From contig CAZQLY010000001.1 in the NCBI GenBank assembly GCA_964594455.1, positions 97 through 64,096 on the forward strand: a stretch of 64,000 nucleotides of DNA, written 5' to 3'. The notes below the pieces were generated by a model. That model made no database searches and was not told the DNA's origin. It saw only the letters and a program-made list of their open reading frames with translations. Both the position numbers and the translations under genes were made by a program. Position 1 is the stretch's first letter; every line of letters starts with the position of its first letter. Origin of the DNA: an uncultured Gammaproteobacteria bacterium (GTDB lineage: Bacteria > Patescibacteriota > Patescibacteriia > JAHIZJ01). Positions 17,698 through 27,808 of the stretch are shown one piece after another.

Positions 17698-18966
17698 ATG
17701 TCAACAAAAATTGAAAAAATGATTGCTCGGGAAATATTAGATTCACGCGGAAACCCGACGGTAGAAATCCGAGTATATTTAGAAAATGGAGTTCGGGGCC
17801 GGGCTTCAGTACCAGCCGGCTCCTCAAAAGGGTCCAAAGAAGCCTTAGAGCTTCGAGATGGAGACAAAAAGCGTTATAACGGACTAGGCGTACTCAAGGC
17901 CTGTGAATTAATCAATGACAAGTTGAGCCAAGAGTTAAAAGGCCTGGATGCTCTGAAGCAAAGCGAGGTTGACAAACGATTAATCGAATTAGACGGTACG
18001 GATCAGAAAACAAAATTAGGCGGAAATACTATTTTGGCCGTGTCTCTGGGCGTGTTAAGGGCTGCAACCAAGTCGCAGAAGCTCCCTCTTTATAAATATC
18101 TCCGCCAGCTGTCATCCCAGGCCACTTCAAAGGACTATCCTTTGCCAACGCCAATCATGAACATTTTTAATGGCGGAAAACACGCTGATACTAATCTTGA
18201 TTTCCAAGAATTTTGGATTATCCCATCAGCTGGGGACACGATCAGAGAAAGAATCAGAGTTGGCTCTGAAATCTTCCATCAATTAAAGGAAATTCTTCAG
18301 GCCGAAGGTTTGGATACCGACGTAGGTAATGAGGGTGGTTATGCTCCAGACATTAATTCTAGTATTGATGCTATGGAGTGGATAGTAGAGTCAATTAAGA
18401 AATGCAAGTATAAGCCGGGCAAGGACGTGTTTATGGGTATTGACGCTGGGGCTAACACTTTTTACGATCGGGAGCGCGACACCTATTTCATTGAAGTAGA
18501 GGATGCAGCATTTGATACAGACAAGTTGATCGATTTGTATGATCGTTGGGCCAGTCAATATCCGCTCCGACTGCTTGAGGATGGTTTACGCGAAGATGAT
18601 GCGATCGGTTGGCAGAAACTGACCAAAAAGCTCAAGGACAAAATGACTGTTATTGGCGATGATATCTTTTGTACCAATCCTAAAATCTTGAAAGATGCTA
18701 TCAAGAAAAAAATTGGTACTGGCATACTGATTAAACCGAACCAGGTCGGTACTATTACCGAGACGATAGAAACGCTGGAGCTGGCAAAGAAAAATAATTA
18801 CGAAACAATAGTATCTCATCGTTCGGGCGAAACAACCGACACTACCATTGTTGATTTGGCTGTGGGATTAAAAGCTGACTATCTGAAGGCTGGTTCGGTC
18901 TCGCGCGGTGAACGTGTAGTCAAATATAACAGGTTAATGGAGATCGAAGACGAACTCAAGCGGTAA
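17698..18966 (+). CDS. eno: enolase
   Basis: N-terminus REILDSRGNPTVE. Catalytic loop SHRSGETTD. Confidence 0.95.
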   Translation: MSTKIEKMIAREILDSRGNPTVEIRVYLENGVRGRASVPAGSSKGSKEALELRDGDKKRYNGLGVLKACELINDKLSQELKGLDALKQSEVDKRLIELDGTDQKTKLGGNTILAVSLGVLRAATKSQKLPLYKYLRQLSSQATSKDYPLPTPIMNIFNGGKHADTNLDFQEFWIIPSAGDTIRERIRVGSEIFHQLKEILQAEGLDTDVGNEGGYAPDINSSIDAMEWIVESIKKCKYKPGKDVFMGIDAGANTFYDRERDTYFIEVEDAAFDTDKLIDLYDRWASQYPLRLLEDGLREDDAIGWQKLTKKLKDKMTVIGDDIFCTNPKILKDAIKKKIGTGILIKPNQVGTITETIETLELAKKNNYETIVSHRSGETTDTTIVDLAVGLKADYLKAGSVSRGERVVKYNRLMEIEDELKR

Positions 18967-18989
18967 TTTTTAAACGTAACTAGTTTGTA

Positions 18990-20561
18990 ATGGTTCCAAA
19001 AATTAAAAACAAACCTGTAGTCTTGATCATCATGGACGGTTGGGGCGTGGCCCCACCCCATAAAGGCAATGCGGTAATTTTGGGAAAGACTCCAGTCTAT
19101 GACAAGATTCTGGAAAAATACCCCAACACACTGCTCAATGCTTCTAGTCGAGCCGTCGGTTTACCGGTAGGGCAAGTGGGAAATTCTGAGGCTGGTCATA
19201 TGAATATCGGAGCTGGTCGAGTAGTTGAGCAGGACTCGGTTACTATTTCCAAGGGTATCAGTGATGGTACTTTTTTTAAGAATCCGGCTTTTCACGAAGC
19301 GATTGGCCACGTCAATCGCAATAAGTCTAGATTGCACATCATGGGCCTTCTATCTGGTGAACAAAGTGCGCACAGCGACCCAGACCACCTCTTGGCTTTG
19401 ATAACTTTGGCTGAAGATGCCGGGGTAAAAGATATAATTCTTCATCTTTTTACTGATGGTCGAGATTCACCACAGTACTCATCCATTGGCTTCTTAAAAG
19501 ATCTCCAGGCCTCTTTGAAGAAATTCCCCGGGGTAAAGATAGCCTCGATTCAAGGTCGTTTCTATGCCATGGACCGAAAAAAGAAATGGATCAGGACCCA
19601 ACTGGCTTACGAAGCAATTGTATTGGGTAAAGGGAATAAATATAGTGATCCTGAGAAGGCTATTGTGACTGCCTATAACAGAGGCGAGAGTGACGAGTTT
19701 ATCAAACCGAGTGTAATAGTGAATAAGGACAAACCGATCGGCACCGTTAACGAGAATGATTCGCTGGTTTTCTTCAACCTCCGGTCTGACCGGGCTCGTC
19801 AATTAGCCAAAGTTTTTGTGCAACCTGACTTCCAGGGATTTAAGAGAAAGAAGATAGTCAAAGGTCTGCGTTTCATTGCTATGACTGATTTTGGACCCGA
19901 TTTGCCAGGCATTTTGACCGCTTTCCCTAGCGTTGATCTAAAAGGCACCCTACCGATGGCTTATAACGATTTCCGTCAATTATATATTGCCGAATCAGAA
20001 AAATATGCTCATGTGACTTATTTTATGAACGGTGGTTATGCTGATCCAGTGGGAGGTGAAGAAAGAATTATGGTTCCCTCTCCCGATGTTAAGTCTTATG
20101 ACTTAAAGCCGGAAATGAGCGCTTATCAAGTAACCCAAGTTATTGATCATAATATCAGGTCGGATGTTTATGATTTTTATTGTGTTAATTATGCTAATCC
20201 GGACATGGTAGGCCATACCGGTAATCTAAAATCAGCTATCAAGGCGGTCGAAGTAGTGGACGATTGTGTCGGTAAAATTATCAAGGCAGTTTTGGCCAAG
20301 AAGGGCGTAGTCTTTGTAACGGCTGACCACGGTAATGTTGATGAGATGATCAATATTAAAACCGGAGAAGTTCATACTAACCACACCATTAACCCGGTGC
20401 CCTTCATTGTGGTTTCAGACACCTATAAAAAGGTAAAACTGAAAAAGACCGGAGTTTTGAGTGATATTGCCACTACAATATTAAATTTGTATAAAATAAC
20501 TCCACCCAAGGAAATGACCAGCCAGCCGCTGTGCAAATTTCCCGGTGGCTTTGTTAAGTAA
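18990..20561 (+). CDS. gpmI: 2,3-bisphosphoglycerate-independent phosphoglycerate mutase
   Basis: iPGM N-terminus VLIIMDGWG. 523 aa. Metal-binding His and Asp motifs. Confidence 0.9.
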   Translation: MVPKIKNKPVVLIIMDGWGVAPPHKGNAVILGKTPVYDKILEKYPNTLLNASSRAVGLPVGQVGNSEAGHMNIGAGRVVEQDSVTISKGISDGTFFKNPAFHEAIGHVNRNKSRLHIMGLLSGEQSAHSDPDHLLALITLAEDAGVKDIILHLFTDGRDSPQYSSIGFLKDLQASLKKFPGVKIASIQGRFYAMDRKKKWIRTQLAYEAIVLGKGNKYSDPEKAIVTAYNRGESDEFIKPSVIVNKDKPIGTVNENDSLVFFNLRSDRARQLAKVFVQPDFQGFKRKKIVKGLRFIAMTDFGPDLPGILTAFPSVDLKGTLPMAYNDFRQLYIAESEKYAHVTYFMNGGYADPVGGEERIMVPSPDVKSYDLKPEMSAYQVTQVIDHNIRSDVYDFYCVNYANPDMVGHTGNLKSAIKAVEVVDDCVGKIIKAVLAKKGVVFVTADHGNVDEMINIKTGEVHTNHTINPVPFIVVSDTYKKVKLKKTGVLSDIATTILNLYKITPPKEMTSQPLCKFPGGFVK

Positions 20562-20567
20562 AAAGGT

Positions 20568-21587
20568 ATGTTTAGAAAAAGATTTGATGTAGTTACAATC
20601 GGCGGGGCCACTCGTGATATAATGTTCTTTACTGATGCTGGTGTTATCGTATCCAACCCCGGTGATATTTTGAGACAAAAGCTGGTTGGCTACGAGTATG
20701 GTGCTAAGATCAAGCCCAATGATATCCATTTCGTCTTGGGTGGCGGTGGCTGTAATACTGCAATCAACTTTGCCCGACTCGGATTAAAAACAGCAACTTT
20801 TCTTCGATTGGGCCTGGATCGTGATGGAGACACAATTCAAGCCGAACTAAGCAATGGCCGGGTCAATACTCAATTCATTGAGCGTGATTCCTCTGAAGGA
20901 ACCGGTTTTTCATTCATCGCGATTCATGAACCGAGCCGGGAGCACACGGCTTTTCTCTATCGTGGGGCTAACAATCAGATGAAGATGACCCAGGCCGAGC
21001 TGCGCCGAGCTCGTGCTAAATGGTTTTATGTTTCCTCGCTTGCGGGAAAGAACTGGGCAGTAACTTTAAAAAATCTAGTCAAGTATTTAGGCACGGAAAA
21101 GAAGACCAAACTAGCCTGGAATCCAGGCTCAACCCAGATAAAAAAAGGCAAGCGGGCTTTAGCACCATTATTGAAATATACTGACACTTTTATTGTGAAT
21201 AAAGATGAAGCGATCGAGCTGGTTCTTTCTGAATCAAAAGCCAAAGGCCAAACCAGCATTTGGAAATTAGCCAAAACACTCCAGGGCTGGGGGCCGAGAC
21301 GGGTGGTAATAACTCACGGCAGCCGGGGAGCCTACGTCTTTGATGGCGAGAATAAATATTATGAGAAAGCAATTACCCGAGTCGAAAAGGACACCACGGG
21401 TGCGGGTGATGCCTTTGGATCAACTTTTATCGCTGGTTTAATCTTGTTCCGAGGAAATGTGAAGCGTGCTCTCCGTTCAGCTATCGTTAACAGCAGCTCT
21501 GTGGTCGGCCAGGTTGGAGCCCAGAACGGATTACTCTCTCGCAGCAGCTTGCTAGATTCCGTCAAGAAAAAATATAAAGATTGGTAA
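20568..21587 (+). CDS. PfkB-family carbohydrate kinase (ribokinase-like)
   Basis: GG motif VLGGGGCNTAINFARLG. C-terminal TTGAGDAFGSTFIAG. Confidence 0.8.
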   Translation: MFRKRFDVVTIGGATRDIMFFTDAGVIVSNPGDILRQKLVGYEYGAKIKPNDIHFVLGGGGCNTAINFARLGLKTATFLRLGLDRDGDTIQAELSNGRVNTQFIERDSSEGTGFSFIAIHEPSREHTAFLYRGANNQMKMTQAELRRARAKWFYVSSLAGKNWAVTLKNLVKYLGTEKKTKLAWNPGSTQIKKGKRALAPLLKYTDTFIVNKDEAIELVLSESKAKGQTSIWKLAKTLQGWGPRRVVITHGSRGAYVFDGENKYYEKAITRVEKDTTGAGDAFGSTFIAGLILFRGNVKRALRSAIVNSSSVVGQVGAQNGLLSRSSLLDSVKKKYKDW

Positions 21588-21591
21588 AAAT

Positions 21592-22182
21592 ATGAAAAAA
21601 ACATTCAAAACTCTAGTTGAAGTATCAGCCCGGCATATCCATTTAAATCAGACAGCTGTAAAAAAACTGTTTGGAGCTAATTATGATTTAAAAACACATA
21701 AAATAATTTCTCAGCCCAATCAATTCGCAGCCGCTGAGACAGTGAAGGTTATCGGTCCAAAAGGCAGCTTCAAAAGGGTGCGGGTGGTTGGACCGATACG
21801 ACCCAGGACCCAGTTGGAAATATCAGTTACAGATTCGTATATATTGGGCATTCAGCCCCAAGTGCGTGTTTCCGGCGATCTAAAAGGTACTACCGGCGGT
21901 GTTAAGATTGTCGGTCCTCGTGGGTCCCTAAATATGCGTGACGGGGTGATTATCGCTCAGCGTCATTTGCATCTTCAGCCCGAGTTAGCCAAGAAATATG
22001 GCTTGAAACACCGCAGCAAGGTCAGCGTTCAGCTCGGTGGAAAAAGATCAGTAACTTTTCATCAAGTTGTCGTACGGAGTCGGCCGGGCATTGATAAGTT
22101 ATCTTTTCAAATAGATACCGATGAAGGCAATGCTGCCGGGATTGCCGGACGAGCCTATGGACAGGTAATAATAGAAAAGTAG
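21592..22182 (+). CDS. pduL: phosphate acyltransferase PduL (phosphotransacetylase, PduL type)
   Basis: Two PTAC repeats. RHIHL...G.....V.GP.G and HLHLQPELAKKYGL. Confidence 0.75.
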   Translation: MKKTFKTLVEVSARHIHLNQTAVKKLFGANYDLKTHKIISQPNQFAAAETVKVIGPKGSFKRVRVVGPIRPRTQLEISVTDSYILGIQPQVRVSGDLKGTTGGVKIVGPRGSLNMRDGVIIAQRHLHLQPELAKKYGLKHRSKVSVQLGGKRSVTFHQVVVRSRPGIDKLSFQIDTDEGNAAGIAGRAYGQVIIEK

Positions 22183-22183
22183 C

Positions 22184-22489
22184 ATGAAGCTTAAATTTAC
22201 TAAGCAGTTTCGGGAAAACGAAAGAATGCTAATGCGACACTGCGGTTATTTTCCGTCCGTTAACAGAAGAACAGGTGAGTTAAGCTATATCCGTCAGCTA
22301 AGACGAACGCCTTATCCCAGATTCCACATTTATATTAATTCACCCATCAGGCAGGGCTTGGTTATAAATCTGCACTTGGATGCCAAAAGACCAAGTTATG
22401 AGGGCTCGCACGCCCACTCAGGCGAATACGATTCTGACATTGTAAGCGAGGAAGCTGAGCGTATTAATACTATTTTACAGCGTTTATGA
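22184..22489 (+). CDS. hypothetical 101-aa protein translationally coupled between pduL and ackA
   Basis: Overlaps ackA start by 4 nt (ATGA). No family recognised. Confidence 0.45.
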   Translation: MKLKFTKQFRENERMLMRHCGYFPSVNRRTGELSYIRQLRRTPYPRFHIYINSPIRQGLVINLHLDAKRPSYEGSHAHSGEYDSDIVSEEAERINTILQRL

Positions 22490-23658
22490 AAAAATCATCC
22501 CCCTACATTTTAATATTGAATGCCGGCAGTTCCACAGTTAAGTTTTCTATTTTTTCAAAACCGGATCTCAAGCAAGCTGTCGGGGGAATAGTGGAGCGTA
22601 TTGGCTTAAAGAACTCCTTTTTTGAATATAAAGAAAAAGGAACTAACCCGGTTCGAATAGATTACCCCAAAGGAGTAAAAAACCATACTGAGGCTGTTCA
22701 ACTTATTTTGGGTGAAGTGGAAATGCTGGGTTTAAATATTGATATGGTGGGACACAGAGTAGTTCACGGAGCAGAAGAATTTCGAAAACCCACTCATTTG
22801 ACCCCTGCGGTTGTAAAAAGAATTGAGCAGTATTCTAATTTGGCGCCGTTACACAATCCGGCTAACATTGCTGTTATCCGATCTTGTTTTAAGTTGTTAC
22901 CTGGTGTCAAGAATATGGCTCATTTTGATACGGCCTTCCACGCCACTCTGCCACCTAAGGCTTACCGGTATTCAATACCAAAAAAGTATTATAAAAAGTA
23001 TCGTATCCGCAAATACGGTTTTCATGGATTATCGCACCAATATGTGGCCGAAGAAGCAGCACGGCGTTTAAAAAAACCTCTCAGTCGGTGCAATATGATA
23101 ACCTGCCATTTGGGTAGTGGTTGCAGTATCGCAGCCATCAAAAACGGCCAGTCGATCGATACTACTATGGGCTTTACGCCTTTGGAGGGCTTGACTATGG
23201 CCACGCGGTCAGGCGACATTGATCCAGCAGTGGTTTTATTTTTGATCGACAAGGTTGGCTTAACAGTTAGCCAAGTGGATAATTTACTAAATAAAGAATC
23301 GGGCTGGAAGGGCTTGAGTGGTATTAGTTCTGATCTTCGTGAAATATTAATCGCAGCCGGATACAGAGTCCCGGGTTTCCGCGTCAAACATAAGTTTACT
23401 CCCAGCCAAAAGAAAGATGCCCAACTGGCCCTAGAAGCATTTGTTTATGATGTTCAAAGATATATCGGATCATATATATCGCTTTTGCCCAGAACTGACG
23501 CCATTGTTTTTACCGCTGGAGTTGGAGAACGTAACCAAACAGTACGCGGGTTGATAATACGAGGAATCCGAAAACCCAAAGAAACGAAAGTGTTAGCCAT
23601 TCCCACTAATGAAGAATATTTTATAGCTCAATCAGCCGACAAATTGTTTGGGGGGTAG
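22486..23658 (+). CDS. ackA: acetate kinase
   Basis: N-terminus ILILNAGSSTVKFSIF. 390 aa. Confidence 0.9.
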   Translation: MKKSSPYILILNAGSSTVKFSIFSKPDLKQAVGGIVERIGLKNSFFEYKEKGTNPVRIDYPKGVKNHTEAVQLILGEVEMLGLNIDMVGHRVVHGAEEFRKPTHLTPAVVKRIEQYSNLAPLHNPANIAVIRSCFKLLPGVKNMAHFDTAFHATLPPKAYRYSIPKKYYKKYRIRKYGFHGLSHQYVAEEAARRLKKPLSRCNMITCHLGSGCSIAAIKNGQSIDTTMGFTPLEGLTMATRSGDIDPAVVLFLIDKVGLTVSQVDNLLNKESGWKGLSGISSDLREILIAAGYRVPGFRVKHKFTPSQKKDAQLALEAFVYDVQRYIGSYISLLPRTDAIVFTAGVGERNQTVRGLIIRGIRKPKETKVLAIPTNEEYFIAQSADKLFGG

Positions 23659-23664
23659 TTAGAG

Positions 23665-24090
23665 ATGAAAACCAAAACAAATAAAGCTGCTGGGATAATA
23701 GTGGTGCACTCAAAAACAAAAAAAGTGCTGCTACTTTATCGTCCGCAATATCGTCATTGGGAGTATTCCAAGGGCAGGATTGAGTCAGGCGAAAAGGAAA
23801 TCCAAACAGCTAAACGTGAGTTGAAAGAAGAAGTGAATATTCGAAAAATAAAGATTGCGCCTGATTTCAAAGAAAGGATCAGATATAGTTTCAAGGCTGA
23901 CGGCATGATTATTCGCAGGAAAGTAGTTTATTTTTTGGGTTTTACTAGCGATCGCATCAAGCTATCATCGGAGCATTCAGCCTATCGCTGGTGTACTTTT
24001 GCTGAGGCCAAAAGAAGGTTTAAGCACCGAAATTACATTATCTTATTGAACAAGGCAAAAAAATACCTGGAAAGAAACATTGAGCCGTGA
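23665..24090 (+). CDS. NUDIX hydrolase
   Basis: Nudix box GRIESGEKEIQTAKRELKEEVNI. Confidence 0.75.
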   Translation: MKTKTNKAAGIIVVHSKTKKVLLLYRPQYRHWEYSKGRIESGEKEIQTAKRELKEEVNIRKIKIAPDFKERIRYSFKADGMIIRRKVVYFLGFTSDRIKLSSEHSAYRWCTFAEAKRRFKHRNYIILLNKAKKYLERNIEP

Positions 24091-24114
24091 TTTTTAATAT
24101 GATAAAATAATTGT

Positions 24115-24672
24115 ATGATTAATAGGTTTTTCAAGTCGAGATCAAACGGTATCATGGTCATAACTTGGTCAATGATAATATTTTTCATTGGCATAGCTAC
24201 AACCATCGGTTTATTAGTTTTGCAAAATTATCAGTCAAATAAGCGCGATGAGACTCGTCAGGGAGATATGTCTAAACTGGCTAATGCCTTGGGGCAATAC
24301 CATGATCAATATGGCACATTTCCTACCGGGGAAGGAGCCAGCACTGATAAAGTATGGGGACAGCCAGTAAATAGCGAGTCAGGTAATCCGCTTCAGGTCT
24401 TAGTAGCTGAGGGTTTTATAGACAAATTGCCTACTGATCCCATTAATAAGAATAACGGCTGTCGATGCGGCGGAGGATACAAATATTATTACTGTTATTA
24501 CGAAGAAGGCAGTGAGCGGAGTTGCATCAGAGACGGAGACAGTAAGGATAGTTTTAATACCGACAAATTTCATCTCAGTACTTGTTTAGAAAATACGGAT
24601 ACTGAATGCCAGATTACTTGCGGAGGAATAATATCTGCTTTTGGAAATTATTGCCCCGTTGACAAATCTTAA
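24115..24672 (+). CDS. pilin/pseudopilin-like protein with Cys-rich C-terminal domain
   Basis: N-terminal hydrophobic segment. Pseudopilin-like RDETRQGDMSKLANALGQY. C-terminus has 10 Cys. Confidence 0.4.
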   Translation: MINRFFKSRSNGIMVITWSMIIFFIGIATTIGLLVLQNYQSNKRDETRQGDMSKLANALGQYHDQYGTFPTGEGASTDKVWGQPVNSESGNPLQVLVAEGFIDKLPTDPINKNNGCRCGGGYKYYYCYYEEGSERSCIRDGDSKDSFNTDKFHLSTCLENTDTECQITCGGIISAFGNYCPVDKS

Positions 24673-24771
24673 TTAGATAGTTAAATCATCACAACAAATG
24701 GGCGGGAGTAACGCCTATTTTGTTACCAAAAATGCTTTACCGTAATTTTTTTAAATGATAGAGTAAAGAAT

Positions 24772-26481
24772 ATGGAGAAAAAATGGATTGTAGCCGAACC
24801 GATGCCCAAAGATTTTCAGGACAACTTCCCTGAAGTAAGTCCGGTGGTTTTGCAATTGTTGTATAACCGAAATTTGAAAACCCAGGATGAGATAGACGAG
24901 TTTACGAATCCGGACTATGGCCAGGATATCCATGATCCTTATTTATTTAAGGATATGAAAAAGGTGATAGCCAGGATTCAGCAGGCCCTAAAGAATAAGG
25001 AAAAAATCTTGGTACACGGTGATTATGATGCCGATGGAGTATGCGGTGCGGCTATTATAGTGAGCGCGTTAAAAATCATAGACCCGGATTGTAATGTGGA
25101 CGTCTATCTGCCGCATCGAGAAATAGAGGGCTACGGAATGAATGTCAATTCGGTGGAAGAGTTTTCAAAAAACGGGGTTTCGTTAATAATTACGGCGGAT
25201 TGCGGTACATCCAATATCGAGGAAGTAAAATTAGCCAACGAACGAAATATCGACGTTATAATTACCGATCACCATGTCCCGCACGAGGAATTACCAGCCG
25301 CATACGGGATTATCAACGCCTGGGTTGAGGGTGAAAATTATCCTTGCCAACAGCTAGCCGGTTCAGGCGTGGCTTTTAAATTGTGTCAGGCTTTGCTGAA
25401 AGAAAATAAGATAGAGGAGGCACAAGAAAAATGGCTATTAGATCTTGTGGCTATTGGAACAATCGGTGATTACGTGCCCTTAGTAGGCGAAAACAGAACC
25501 CTGACTAAATATGGTATGATTGTTTTGAAGAAGACGCGTCGGCTGGGCCTGCAATCTCTGATGAAGGTAATTAATCTCCCTGTTAATAAGATCGATACGC
25601 GTTCCATAGCTTTTCAGCTAGTGCCCAAGCTCAATGCGGCTGGCCGGGTGGATCATGCTAATACCGCTTATCAGTTGTTAGTATCAGGTTTAAAAGAGGA
25701 AGCCGACAAAGTGGCAGTGGGTTTAAATAAATTAAACCAGGAAAGACAGAAAATCACTGAACGCATGACTCAAGAAGCCAAAGCCCAGCTAGGCGAAGTA
25801 ACGGATGATCAATACGTCCTGATGGCTGAAGGCAAGGATTGGCCGGCGGGTCTGGTTGGTTTAGTAGCTTCCCGCTTGATGGACGAGTATTGTCGACCCA
25901 CGATAATAGTAGGCCGTCGCCAGGGTTTAGTGATAGGCTCAGGCCGAAGCTTGCCTGAATTTCATATTGCCAATGCTTTAAAGGAATTAGAAGATTTATT
26001 TACCCACTACGGGGGACATCGTCAAGCCTGTGGATTTACGTTAAAGGATGGGGTCAAAGTCAGTGATTTGAAAAAAGCCATTAACAACCTAGCGCGTCAG
26101 CAGCTCAAAACCGAAGATATGGCACCAAAAGTTTATGTTGATATGGAGATAAAATTTAACCAAATTGATTGGGATTTAGTTCAAGTCTTGGAATCGTTTG
26201 CCCCATACGGGGAAGGAAATTCAACTCCACTTTTAGTATCTAAACAGCTTGAAGTTATTGATTGGGAAAGAGTTGGAGCTGATCGCAAGCATTTGCGCTT
26301 GGTGGTGCGGGACGATTCAATGGTGGTTCGTCGTTTTATTGGATTTGGTTTTGGCCACTGGGGTGATAAATTAACTACTCAGGATCGGATTGATGCGGTT
26401 TATGAATTAGGTGTTAACGAATGGAATGGTACTCGTGAGCTCCAGCTTAAATTAGTGGATTTAAAATATTCAAAAGTGTAA
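24772..26481 (+). CDS. recJ: single-stranded-DNA-specific exonuclease RecJ
   Basis: DHH motifs HGDYDADGVCG and ITDHH. DHHA1 region. 569 aa. Confidence 0.85.
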   Translation: MEKKWIVAEPMPKDFQDNFPEVSPVVLQLLYNRNLKTQDEIDEFTNPDYGQDIHDPYLFKDMKKVIARIQQALKNKEKILVHGDYDADGVCGAAIIVSALKIIDPDCNVDVYLPHREIEGYGMNVNSVEEFSKNGVSLIITADCGTSNIEEVKLANERNIDVIITDHHVPHEELPAAYGIINAWVEGENYPCQQLAGSGVAFKLCQALLKENKIEEAQEKWLLDLVAIGTIGDYVPLVGENRTLTKYGMIVLKKTRRLGLQSLMKVINLPVNKIDTRSIAFQLVPKLNAAGRVDHANTAYQLLVSGLKEEADKVAVGLNKLNQERQKITERMTQEAKAQLGEVTDDQYVLMAEGKDWPAGLVGLVASRLMDEYCRPTIIVGRRQGLVIGSGRSLPEFHIANALKELEDLFTHYGGHRQACGFTLKDGVKVSDLKKAINNLARQQLKTEDMAPKVYVDMEIKFNQIDWDLVQVLESFAPYGEGNSTPLLVSKQLEVIDWERVGADRKHLRLVVRDDSMVVRRFIGFGFGHWGDKLTTQDRIDAVYELGVNEWNGTRELQLKLVDLKYSKV

Positions 26482-26490
26482 AATATAATT

Positions 26491-26910
26491 ATGGAAAATC
26501 AAAAAATCACAATTTATTCCGATGGAGGCGCCCGTGGTAATCCTGGCCCGGCTGCGATCGGGGTAGTGATATACGATCAGGACAAAAAAATAATTGATAC
26601 AATTTCCGAGTATATTGGAGAAACCACCAATAACCAAGCTGAATACCAAGCTATTTTAAAAGGAATAGAACGATCCCAGGAATTAGGAGCCCAGGAGTTA
26701 GAGTGTTATTTGGACAGTGAGCTGATAGTTAATCAATTACAGTTGAAGTATAAGGTCAAAAATCAGGGATTGGGACCACTTTTCATAAAAACCTGGAATT
26801 TAGTTCAAAAATTTAAAAAGGTTGAGTTTTTTTTCATACCTCGAGAACAGAACAAAGCTGCTGACAAACTGGTTAATGAAGCTTTAGATAAACAAATGAA
26901 AAATAATTAA
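26491..26910 (+). CDS. rnhA: ribonuclease HI
   Basis: IYSDGGARGNPGPAAIGVVI and RNase H catalytic residues. Confidence 0.85.
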   Translation: MENQKITIYSDGGARGNPGPAAIGVVIYDQDKKIIDTISEYIGETTNNQAEYQAILKGIERSQELGAQELECYLDSELIVNQLQLKYKVKNQGLGPLFIKTWNLVQKFKKVEFFFIPREQNKAADKLVNEALDKQMKNN

Positions 26911-26921
26911 TATTTCACACT

Positions 26922-27176
26922 ATGTCAGAAAAAAATTCCGAAAAACAAAAAGAAGAATTCACTGTCTCAGGGGAGAAAGTAGTGGAAAAAGTCAAAGAAT
27001 TGGTCCAAGAAGGCAATACTCGCCGGATTATCATCAAAAATGAAAAAGGAGAAGAGATTGTTGAGTTCCCATTGACCTTTGGCGCAGTCGGAGCAATCAT
27101 TGCCCCTATCTTAGCTGCTGTTGGTGCGGCTGCGGCCTTGCTGACAAAATGCACTATCGTAGTAATAAAAAAGTAA
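26922..27176 (+). CDS. DUF4342-like small protein
   Basis: 84 aa. ...RRIIIKNEKGEEIVEFPLTFGAVGAIIAPILAAVGA... Confidence 0.45.
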   Translation: MSEKNSEKQKEEFTVSGEKVVEKVKELVQEGNTRRIIIKNEKGEEIVEFPLTFGAVGAIIAPILAAVGAAAALLTKCTIVVIKK

Positions 27177-27179
27177 AGC

Positions 27180-27808
27180 GTGACTCAAGCCGCATTAAAG
27201 AAAGCACTGCATCGTAAAATTGATGCAGCCAAGTTTGCAGATTATGTAATAAAGCAGCCAAGCTTGTTGAGTGTTTTGTATGATAGTATTCAAGACAAGC
27301 CGGCTTCGGTTAAATTCCAGTCAGTTAAAGTACTTTCATTGATAAGTCAAAAAAAACCGGCCTGATATATCCGCAGTTTGATTTTTTTGTGAAACTTCTC
27401 AGCCTAGACAATAATATCATTAAATGGAATGTGGTTGTTATAATAGCAAATTTAACCACGGTTGATAAAAAAAAGAAGTTCGAGAAGATATTCCGTCAAT
27501 ATTACGATTTGATGAAGGAAAATGTTCTGGTTACAGCGGCTTTGATTGCTTTTAATTCCGGAACTATTATTATAGCCAAGCCCATATTAAGACAAAGAAT
27601 CATTAGTGAGCTGCTTAAGGCTGAACAATATAAATTACCCACCAAAGAATGTCGTAACGTTTTAGCTTGGAGAACAATCCAATGTTTTACCGAATGTGCT
27701 GATGTGGTTTCAAAAAACAAGCGGGTTGTAGCTTATGTCAAGAAACATCTGAGCAATAGACGCCCATCAACAAAAAAAGCGGCGGAGCAGTTTTCCCAAA
27801 AAATCTAG
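27180..27808 (+). pseudogene. possible frameshifted gene (two adjacent ORFs 27180-27365 and 27389-27808); HEAT-like/DNA-alkylation-repair-like helical protein
   Basis: Second ORF begins with GTG 23 nt after first stop. Combined length about 200 aa. Weak resemblance only. Confidence 0.25.
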
